DNA of 64,000 bases from Bacteroidota bacterium (lineage in GTDB: Bacteria > Bacteroidota > Bacteroidia > Bacteroidales > CAIWKO01): the NCBI GenBank assembly GCA_037128515.1, contig JBAXWF010000002.1, forward strand, positions 49,586 to 113,585. Direction: 5' to 3'. Positions 9,264 through 16,858 of this stretch are shown piece after piece. Positions within the stretch are counted from its first letter, which is position 1; the number at the start of each line of letters is the position of its first letter. The translations under genes were made by a program, and so were the position numbers. The notes beneath the pieces were generated by a model. It saw nothing but the letters and a program-made list of their open reading frames with translations, did not search any database and was not told the DNA's origin.

Positions 9264-10148
9264 TTAAATGCTATATTTCACCATGACAAATTTGCCGTCA
9301 GTGATGGAAATTTCGGGTATCGAAATTCGTTTTGAATTGAATGAAAATATTCCCGAAATTCTTTGATTAATTTTATCAATAGTTGTCAGATTCAAGCTGC
9401 CTTTTATTCCGTAATAGATTTCATCTGTTGTGGATATTGAATTGGGTTTCCACAAAGCATCAAACTCATGTAGGCTTAGCGAATCGTTCAGTGCATAATT
9501 TCCTGTTATCGTATCATGAATTTGAATGTTGAGCAGGTCGCCCGAGCTTGCCACTCCGGTGATATTATATCCGCTGCCTGATTTCACACTCATCTGGTTC
9601 ACCGACATCCAAGGTGTGGTATTGCTCATAGCGGTTATTGTACCACCTTTCATTCCCGATAAAAACGTGGTTTGTGTTTTGCCCAAGGTATAGTCAAGGT
9701 TGGTGAACACACCACTTGTAAAATTTTTATAATATAGCTGTGTTGAATTCGCTGTGAAATGAAATGTACCGTAAAGATATTTTAAATTTACGTCGATTTG
9801 CGAAAGGTTCAAGCTGCCGCTTTTTGCCGAGTAAACTATTTCGTTTGCCGTGCCAATGCCGCTTTTATAGGTTGCAGTAAATTCAAACACGCTATTACCA
9901 ACATCCAAGGTAAAAGTTTGGGGCATGCTGCCATGAATCACCATACTAAGTTCTTCATTGGGCTTGGTTGCCGTAATCGTATACGCACCGCTGCTATAAA
10001 CAGCAGAGAAATCGGAGGCAGTCCAAACGCTGCCGTTCAACGAAAAAGTTACACAGGGAACAACAGGTGTAACCTGATTATCATCATTCTTTTTGCACGA
10101 AGCTGCAAGTAAAATAGAAAGCACTACCAATACAACTAGTTTTTTCAT
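9264..10148 (-). CDS. lipoprotein of unknown function with an internal two-domain duplication
   Basis: Signal peptide plus lipobox (LLAASC). Two repeated modules end GSLNLSQIDV..GTFHF and GSLNLTTIDK..GIFSF. Confidence 0.7.
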   Translation of the reverse strand: MKKLVVLVVLSILLAASCKKNDDNQVTPVVPCVTFSLNGSVWTASDFSAVYSSGAYTITATKPNEELSMVIHGSMPQTFTLDVGNSVFEFTATYKSGIGTANEIVYSAKSGSLNLSQIDVNLKYLYGTFHFTANSTQLYYKNFTSGVFTNLDYTLGKTQTTFLSGMKGGTITAMSNTTPWMSVNQMSVKSGSGYNITGVASSGDLLNIQIHDTITGNYALNDSLSLHEFDALWKPNSISTTDEIYYGIKGSLNLTTIDKINQRISGIFSFNSKRISIPEISITDGKFVMVKYSI

Positions 10149-10160
10149 GATTCCCTATTT

Positions 10161-11297
10161 CTAACTTAACTCTTCAATGATTTCAATATAATTCACATTA
10201 CGTTTGCCAAGTTCTATTAGTAGATATTCTACGCAATCGGGGTATTGACCAATATATTCCGGAACCGACAAACCTTTTTTGGTATACAATCCGTTTGCAA
10301 TCATTCGCAGTGCACAAGTAGCCGTATAGCCTGTGGTACGTGCCATCGAATGGGTATGTGTTTCTTCGTCATAGCGGTCGAGGAGGTCGTAAGTATAGCG
10401 AAGTTTTTTATTGTTTTTTGTTCCTTCAACAATCACTTTCATTATAGTAAGGTCTCGCTCACCGGGTTTTAGTTCCCATAGCGGAAACAGCAACTTGGCA
10501 GTTATATCCATGGGTTTTACTTTCACACCATTTACATCAATTTCGTTCTGACTAAAGAAACCTGTTTCGCGCAGCACTTTTACCAAAGCCACATGCCCCG
10601 GGTAACGTAAGGTTTTTTCTTTGATGTTTGCTGCTTTAATGGTTTTCCCTAGCGACCGTATACCATCGCTATTGAACGATTCCAAGGTTCCAATGCCTGG
10701 AAAGTTCAATAATTCTGTATCCGATAGTGCTTCGCGTGTAATTTCTTTGAAATTTTCGATATAGCGAGCCGGTCGTGTATATTCTTCCACCACATCGATA
10801 GGAGAAAAACCGGCTTTATATTCATACGGATATTCACGTATTTCGGGCAAGCCACCCACGTAGGTGAGCGAAGTTTCAGTTTCGTCGAGCAAATGGGCCA
10901 CATAGCCTGTCAATATATGCATCATACCCGGAGCCACCCCGCAATCCATAATTGCAATCACATTGTTTTTCAGTGCCAGTTCGCTTAGTTCAAATGGGTC
11001 TTCGGGAAAAAAAGCAATATCAACAGTGTTTTTTTTAGCTTCAATTATTGCTTTCAATGTTTGAAATCCCATAAATCCGGGAACAGCGTTTATCACCATA
11101 TCATACCCTGCAACGAGCTTCTTTACGGTTTGGGGATTCGACAAATCCTGCATAATAGTTGTGATGCCAAATTTGTTTAAACGTGCAAACGATTTATTAC
11201 TAATATCGGCTATGGCAACTTCAAATTTACCATCTTTTGCCAAATCTATAGCCATAGGCCCACCAACCAAACCAGCTCCCAAAACAATAACTTTCAT
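10161..11297 (-). CDS. saccharopine dehydrogenase-family NAD(P)-binding protein
   Basis: Start chosen at MKVIVLGAGLVGGPMAIDLA (Rossmann GxGxxG). About 378 aa. The family is recognised from the N- and C-terminal domains. Confidence 0.75.
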   Translation of the reverse strand: MKVIVLGAGLVGGPMAIDLAKDGKFEVAIADISNKSFARLNKFGITTIMQDLSNPQTVKKLVAGYDMVINAVPGFMGFQTLKAIIEAKKNTVDIAFFPEDPFELSELALKNNVIAIMDCGVAPGMMHILTGYVAHLLDETETSLTYVGGLPEIREYPYEYKAGFSPIDVVEEYTRPARYIENFKEITREALSDTELLNFPGIGTLESFNSDGIRSLGKTIKAANIKEKTLRYPGHVALVKVLRETGFFSQNEIDVNGVKVKPMDITAKLLFPLWELKPGERDLTIMKVIVEGTKNNKKLRYTYDLLDRYDEETHTHSMARTTGYTATCALRMIANGLYTKKGLSVPEYIGQYPDCVEYLLIELGKRNVNYIEIIEELS

Positions 11298-11412
11298 ACT
11301 TTTTTTTATGTAAAAGTAGTAAAAAATCGGAAAAGTATGCTGCAAAATTCTGACATTTACATTTGATATTTTATTTTTGCAGGAAGAAATTTCTAAAAAT
11401 AAAAAGGGGATT

Positions 11413-11988
11413 ATGACATACCATCCTCCCTTCACCAACCGAAAATCGCAACGATTAAACCATTATGATTATTCAAAGGATAATCTGTATTTTGTAACGT
11501 CATGCGTTAAAGACCGCGTTTGTTGTTTTGGCGAAATTGTTGGTAAAAAAATGAAATTGAACGATCACGGAAAAATTGCCGAAAAACAATGGTTTTGGTT
11601 GGGCCAACAATATTCGTATGTTGTTTTGCATGCATTTACGGTGATGCCCAATCATATTCATAGCATTATTGAAATTGATCATAATCGCGTTATCGATATT
11701 GTAGGGACAGGTCGCGACCTGTCCCTACAATACGATCCGTCCAAACGAAATGATCCGTCAAAAAAACAAAAAATAAAATCCCTGTCCGAATTGATGGGTG
11801 CATACAAAACAACCGTTTCGAAACAAATACATTTGTCGGGCGATAAACATTTTGCATGGCAACGTTCCTTTCACGATCATATCATTCGCAACCACAATGA
11901 ATATCAGGCCATTTCTAATTATATCAATAACAACCCTGCAAAATGGAATGATGATATGTTTTTCAATTCCGATATTCCAACATTATAA
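11413..11988 (+). CDS. IS200/RAYT-like HUH (Y1) transposase-family protein, solitary
   Basis: HUH motif MPNHIHSII (HIH at 11653-11661). C-terminal WQRSFHDHIIRN...YINNNPAKW. No flanking IS ends are evident. Confidence 0.75.
   Translation: MTYHPPFTNRKSQRLNHYDYSKDNLYFVTSCVKDRVCCFGEIVGKKMKLNDHGKIAEKQWFWLGQQYSYVVLHAFTVMPNHIHSIIEIDHNRVIDIVGTGRDLSLQYDPSKRNDPSKKQKIKSLSELMGAYKTTVSKQIHLSGDKHFAWQRSFHDHIIRNHNEYQAISNYINNNPAKWNDDMFFNSDIPTL
11697..11732. repeat. perfect 36-bp palindrome inside the HUH gene
   Basis: TATTGTAGGGACAGGTCGCGACCTGTCCCTACAATA equals its own reverse complement. It encodes the linker IVGTGRDLSLQY. Confidence 0.95.
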
Positions 11989-12019
11989 AAAATAATTACA
12001 ACACAACGATAACAAAAAA

Positions 12020-12052
12020 AACAGGAACCCATTTTCATGCATTCCTGTTTTT
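12020..12052. terminator. stem-loop terminator between the HUH gene and the convergent orphan gene
   Basis: AACAGGAA...TTCCTGTT stem, preceded by an A-run and followed by TTT. Confidence 0.5.
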
Positions 12053-12073
12053 CAACATCCTTTGTGTTTTTTC

Positions 12074-12688
12074 TCATCTGATACCATACAGTATCGGTTT
12101 GCTTGCAGGCATCAGGCCTGCTTTTGTGAGCGGGCGAACCCTGAACCAACGCTTCGTATCGGGAGTGCCCGACAGATAGGTTTTGCGTTGCTTCGATACC
12201 CCTGCAAACAACCATGCACTGTCGCTTACGGGTAATTTATCATCTGCACTCACCTGCCAGAGATAACTTACTGCTTTCGGATATGCCACACATCCTATCA
12301 GGAATTCTCCGGGGCTCATGCCTGCCAGAATCCAGAAATCGTCGCGCTGCGACGCTTCAGGTTCTTTTGATAATTCAAAACCACTGCTGATGATGATGCC
12401 TTCATCATCATCAGCAGTGACATCAACATATTTGGCCAGTTTGCGCAATAGTTCGAGCAAACTTTTCTTCGAATTTTTCAGGTTCGAATGGTCAAGTTTA
12501 CTTCCGCCTTGTGCAAGTGCGGCTTTATCTTCCACATCGTCGATGGCCGCCGTTACGTCGACCAGTTTCGGACTGGGAGTTGTGAAATTAGGATTACCGG
12601 TCATTTTGTCTACGACAGAACGACTAAATACTATCAGCTTGTCTACTGAGTAGCGAACAAAGCTGAAAATTAATTTTCTAAGTCTCAT
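12074..12688 (-). CDS. hypothetical protein (GC-rich orphan)
   Basis: 204-aa ORF. Sampled 60-nt windows reach about 60% GC, against roughly 30-38% in the neighbouring sequence. No motif recognised. Confidence 0.65.
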   Translation of the reverse strand: MRLRKLIFSFVRYSVDKLIVFSRSVVDKMTGNPNFTTPSPKLVDVTAAIDDVEDKAALAQGGSKLDHSNLKNSKKSLLELLRKLAKYVDVTADDDEGIIISSGFELSKEPEASQRDDFWILAGMSPGEFLIGCVAYPKAVSYLWQVSADDKLPVSDSAWLFAGVSKQRKTYLSGTPDTKRWFRVRPLTKAGLMPASKPILYGIR

Positions 12689-13438
12689 TTCTTAAAAAAT
12701 TTAAGGGTTTATAAATAATATAACTAACACAAAGGATGTCCTTTTTTGAAATAAAAAACGGCAACAAGCACGTTGTCAATAAATAAGTAGTATAAGATTT
12801 GAATGTAATGCGGGCAGCATATATTGCTGCCAGCCAGTTAATAATGCCGTTTCTGGCAATGCAAACCAAAAACCAACGAATGCAAGCATGAAAACGTCGG
12901 AAAGTTGTTTGCAATGCTAAAATTAAGCTTGTAAAAAATGTTTTTGCGCTTAAATGAATTGAATTGCTGATAGTTTTGCTGCGAAAAATGCTACTGATGC
13001 TTTGTTTCGGCAGCGCGTGGATGAAAAACCTTGTATGTGAAACCCGAACCGGCATGATACACAAAATATTTTTTACTCTTTTTCGAAAAAAAAGTTTTTC
13101 GTTTAAAAACTTATATTTTCAGGGTAAAATCTATTTCATGTTTTGGTTCTTTTGGTTGATGTTGTTTGTGTGCTTAATTATAATAATAACGTTTCAGGAA
13201 TTGTATTATTTTACAGAAGTATAAATTTTTTTGATTTTTTTTAAGAAATCGAAAAAAAATTATTTTAAAATAATCGTATTCATGTGAATTTGTTTAAATT
13301 TGGAGGGTGAATTGAAATATTTTTAATTTTGAGGAGTTAAACAATTAAATCGGACGTTTTTGAGAAGTGGATATATATCCAAGGCACTCCGATTATAAAT
13401 CCGGGTAAACGAGGCGGATTAATAAAATTTGCATTTTC

Positions 13439-14764
13439 ATGTTTGGAATAACACATAAACTTAATGATCCATCACTTTATCTTTTGCATGATATTGCAGA
13501 AGGACAATTATTCCGGGCGGAGGAAAATCTCGCTTTATGTACTTTAGACCAAGTTGAAAAAATCACCCTATTAAAAGATCAGATAGCGAATTATAAGAAT
13601 GAAATAGCTGAATTTGAAAAGGAAGTTGCAAATCTAAAAAATGAAATGTTTCAATTTTCTTTAGAAGAACTATATTCTATGTATGGGCAATTCGAAAATA
13701 GGTTTGTTGGAATTGAATTTCATAAATTATCTGATTCTGCAAAAAAATTTGGTAGAAATATAGGAGGTATTATAGTCTACAAAAAATCTGAACGAGAAGA
13801 ATTAGATAAAATAATTAATTCCGGAAATATATCAAGAACAGATGGTCTAGTCAAGATGGAAGTAACATCAAATTATAACATGTCAAAAGAGCAATATGAT
13901 GAATTACTAAACAACGGGTTTAATTGCAGAGATATCTATCAAATTTCATCATCAAATATTCCTGTTCAAAAATCATTTAAGATAGAAGGATTAAAAGAAA
14001 TACCTCATACACTAAATATCAACATTGATCCTACTGGAATAGAACCACTAAAAATATTTATGGGCCTTTGCACTCGAAGGATCAAAATGGGGAAAAAATT
14101 AATCCATAATGAATGGTGTAAATTGTATGGATACCTATTATATTATGAACCTGAAATTATAAAATCTGAGTCAATAACTAAAAAATTTATTGACAAGAAT
14201 GGGAATAAAGATAGAAAAGTTAGATTTTATGAACTATTTGCAAAACTATTTAATAAAGACTTTAAAAAAGAAGAAGTATTAGAGTTTGGAGATTTGCTAT
14301 TAGAAAGAAGCGAAAATAGAATTGAGATAATCAAAGATGAGATTAAAAAGTCAATGAATATTTCTACTGATGAATTTTCCAAAAAACATCCTATTATTTG
14401 GGAATCTATTCGAAGTAGTGCTGCTATTTTTGAGGAAGAATCATTAGAATATCTTGAAACAATAATTCCGATTTATTGGGATTTTAGAGGTTATTTACAC
14501 ATTTATTTAAGACATTGTGAAGAACTTCAAATTGAAGGACACTTTGAAAATAAAACTAAATTTCAGTATAATCAAAAGGATATTAGAAATGTTTTAGAAA
14601 TTGCAATTCGCAAACTCTATAAAAGTATTAATGCCCGCCTTTCATCTGGTAAAGATTTTAGGATATATGGGGATCAATCACTTTATTTTAATGGGAATTA
14701 TTATGCTTTAAGAATTGAACCCGATGGAAGAATAGATTCATTTTTTCCGTATGAAATAAAATAA
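13439..14764 (+). CDS. hypothetical protein with an N-terminal coiled coil
   Basis: 441-aa ORF, AT-rich, with heptad-like LKDQIANYKNEIAEFEKEVANLKNEM. No catalytic motif recognised. Confidence 0.7.
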   Translation: MFGITHKLNDPSLYLLHDIAEGQLFRAEENLALCTLDQVEKITLLKDQIANYKNEIAEFEKEVANLKNEMFQFSLEELYSMYGQFENRFVGIEFHKLSDSAKKFGRNIGGIIVYKKSEREELDKIINSGNISRTDGLVKMEVTSNYNMSKEQYDELLNNGFNCRDIYQISSSNIPVQKSFKIEGLKEIPHTLNINIDPTGIEPLKIFMGLCTRRIKMGKKLIHNEWCKLYGYLLYYEPEIIKSESITKKFIDKNGNKDRKVRFYELFAKLFNKDFKKEEVLEFGDLLLERSENRIEIIKDEIKKSMNISTDEFSKKHPIIWESIRSSAAIFEEESLEYLETIIPIYWDFRGYLHIYLRHCEELQIEGHFENKTKFQYNQKDIRNVLEIAIRKLYKSINARLSSGKDFRIYGDQSLYFNGNYYALRIEPDGRIDSFFPYEIK

Positions 14765-14843
14765 ACTACATTTTACTTAAAGTTGTTTTACAAAGAAACA
14801 ATAACCTAAAAGAGAAAATGAATAAACACTAAATAATAAGCTA

Positions 14844-15602
14844 ATGAAAAAACTAATTATCCTCTGTGTATTATCCGTTATGATGTCATGCGGAGTAAGT
14901 ACTTATTATCAGATATATAAAGCGACTCCTGAAGGAGGAGTTTTGACAAAAGAGTATGTTCAGTTTGAAGATAATAACTGTATAGTTAATTATGATTTGT
15001 GGTCCAATGGCGGTTACATAGACTTTTATGTTTTTAATAAGACCGACAATGATCTTACAGTTGATTTGACAAAATCTTTTTTTGCTATGAATGGCGAATC
15101 TGTTCAGTATTTTCAAAACAGGGTATTCTCAAATTCCACTAATTATGGAACAACAGTAAGCAAATCATACTATTCCAATAGTTACTGGTCAAAGAGTGTA
15201 TCAAAACTTTCAGCAACCAGTTCTTCGATTTCTTACAATGAAAAACCGGAACTTATAATTCCTCCTAAAACAAGATCGAATATCTCCATTTACAACGTTA
15301 CAGATGAGCGTTATATTAATTGTGATTTGGCAGACTTTCCATCAAGTAGGGATAATGAGGTTCTAAAATTTGATAAAACGAATAGCCCATTCATATTTAA
15401 CAATATTATCACTTACTCTGCAAATGGAATGGTTAACCGGTTTGACAATAAATTCTATGTTTCTGAAATAGCAAATTATTCATCATCAAATGTAAAAGTA
15501 TTAATTAGTGTTACAGAATGTGGAAAGCATTTAGAATATCCTTATTCGGCATTTAAAGATGTATCTCCTGATAAATTTTACATTAAATACACGAATCAGT
15601 AA
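14844..15602 (+). CDS. hypothetical lipoprotein
   Basis: Signal peptide plus lipobox (SVMMSCG). Asn/Ser/Tyr-rich mature part. Confidence 0.7.
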   Translation: MKKLIILCVLSVMMSCGVSTYYQIYKATPEGGVLTKEYVQFEDNNCIVNYDLWSNGGYIDFYVFNKTDNDLTVDLTKSFFAMNGESVQYFQNRVFSNSTNYGTTVSKSYYSNSYWSKSVSKLSATSSSISYNEKPELIIPPKTRSNISIYNVTDERYINCDLADFPSSRDNEVLKFDKTNSPFIFNNIITYSANGMVNRFDNKFYVSEIANYSSSNVKVLISVTECGKHLEYPYSAFKDVSPDKFYIKYTNQ

Positions 15603-15667
15603 AGCCAGTTCTCCCCACTCACTGTAATTTATAATCACAGTACGATAAAACCAAAAGAGTAAAAGGA

Positions 15668-15802
15668 TGTCTGAACCGGGATTTAAGCAGATGAACAATG
15701 TCATAACAGGAATTAAGCAGATTAAGCAGATTACTCAGATGCCAGGTATTATGAAAACTCCTTCTGCGTAATCCATTAATCTGATAAATCGTGGTTCAGA
15801 CA
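15668..15802. repeat. 135-bp hairpin-forming repeat element with 9-mer tandem units, upstream of the GxxExxY gene
   Basis: The termini TGTCTGAACC and GGTTCAGACA are inverted repeats. Three tandem ATTAAGCAG-type 9-mers lie at 15712-15738, with complementary CTGCGTAAT-type units on the right arm. Confidence 0.85.
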
Positions 15803-15825
15803 ATGATTTCAAATACCTTATAAAC

Positions 15826-16233
15826 ATGATAACCGAGGAATACAAATATAAAGAAATAACCGGACGCATAATAGGTGCGGCAATGCGGGTTCATAAAGAA
15901 CTTGGTAATGGTTTTCAGGAGGTAATTTACCAACGTGCTCTGGAACTGGAATTACCTTTTTTTGATTTGAAATTTGAACGCGAATACGAAATGCCCATTT
16001 ATTACCGTAATCAACAGATTGGAAGTCGCAGGGTTGATTTTCTGGTTGAAGAATTGGTTTCAGTAGAGCTGAAAGCCATAATTAAACTCGAAGATGTACA
16101 TCTGGCTCAGGCCATAAATTATTTGGAAGCTTATAATATTGAAGTGGGATTATTAATTAATTTTGGAAGCAAGAGTATAGAAATAAAACGGCTGGTCAAT
16201 ACAAAGTTCGTTCTGCGTAATCCTTTAATCTGA
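15826..16233 (+). CDS. GxxExxY-family protein (PD-(D/E)XK nuclease-like fold)
   Basis: Motif GFQEVIY (GxxExxY) and core RVDFLVEELVSVELK. The last ~8 codons (VLRNPLI*) are supplied by the downstream repeat. Confidence 0.85.
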   Translation: MITEEYKYKEITGRIIGAAMRVHKELGNGFQEVIYQRALELELPFFDLKFEREYEMPIYYRNQQIGSRRVDFLVEELVSVELKAIIKLEDVHLAQAINYLEAYNIEVGLLINFGSKSIEIKRLVNTKFVLRNPLI

Positions 16234-16308
16234 TGAATCGTGGTTCAGACAAAGGATGCTAAGATGTCAGAACCGGGATGAAGCAGATTAATCAGATTGA
16301 GCAGATTA
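16211..16308. repeat. second copy of the repeat with arms in swapped order (tight hairpin), overlapping the GxxExxY 3' end
   Basis: 16211-16251 matches 15762-15802 at 39 of 41 nt. GGTTCAGACA, 13 nt, then TGTCAGAACC forms a hairpin. 9-mers ATGAAGCAG/ATTAATCAG/ATTGAGCAG lie at 16278-16304. Confidence 0.85.
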
Positions 16309-16418
16309 TTAAAAAGAGAAAAAGAATAAAAGCTTAAAAAAAGTGTGAAGTATTGATGCGACTGTTAAAATAATTAAATTTGATTTTTAAAAGTTACAAC
16401 CAATTAAAACCAAAAAAA

Positions 16419-16766
16419 ATGAAACAATTAGCCGTTGGCGACAGCGTAAAAATTAAACAGGGTGTAATGAAACCCTATTTTGGGAAATTAGATCTGAGCG
16501 GCTGGCAGGGTCGTATACTAAAAATATTTTATGAAGACCTAACGGACAGTGGGCATGAGAAAAAATACCTCACTATCGAATACGACAGTATCACACTCAA
16601 ACAAATGACTGAAGAATATATCCTGGGGATGACAGGAGAAGGATTCCCTTTTGCTGAAACTGAAATTTCATACAAGGATATTAACGTTGTTTCTCCCCGC
16701 GATTCGGAAGAAGAAACGACCTCTGTCAGGATGGAATTAAATAAAAAGTATAATTGGGATATTTAA
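16419..16766 (+). CDS. hypothetical protein (115 aa)
   Basis: ATG 16419 (MKQLAVGDSVKIK...). No recognised motif. Confidence 0.6.
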   Translation: MKQLAVGDSVKIKQGVMKPYFGKLDLSGWQGRILKIFYEDLTDSGHEKKYLTIEYDSITLKQMTEEYILGMTGEGFPFAETEISYKDINVVSPRDSEEETTSVRMELNKKYNWDI

Positions 16767-16858
16767 AGGGGGTTCAAAGTATAACCCACTCATTCCTACT
16801 GCTCCTTGTGTATGCAATATGGGTATGTTACACCCAAAAGAGTGAAAGGTAAAAAAAT

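Noticed and set aside
12678-13224. ORFs 12678-13064 (minus, 128 aa) and 12964-13224 (plus, 86 aa) in the long gap.
   Set aside because: They overlap each other and the start of the 12074-12688 gene. Their translations are low-complexity and Phe/Ile/Leu-rich, as expected from AT-rich non-coding DNA, and no motif is present.
15667-15771. 34-codon ORF (MSEPGFKQMNNVITGIKQIKQITQMPGIMKTPSA) inside the upstream hairpin element. A truncated MSEPG* version exists at 16264.
   Set aside because: The reading frame is a by-product of the 9-nt periodic repeat. The second copy is cut to 5 codons, which argues against selection for coding.
16779-16835. Possible integron attC site: GTATAAC ... GTTACAC with a partial internal stem (ACCCA/TGGGT), about 57 bp, in the junction after gene 16419-16766.
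   Set aside because: Only this one junction shows AAC/GTT-type cores. GTTACAC deviates from GTTRRRY. The other junctions lack comparable inverted cores, and no intI-like gene is present. It is kept only as an analogy in the island finding.
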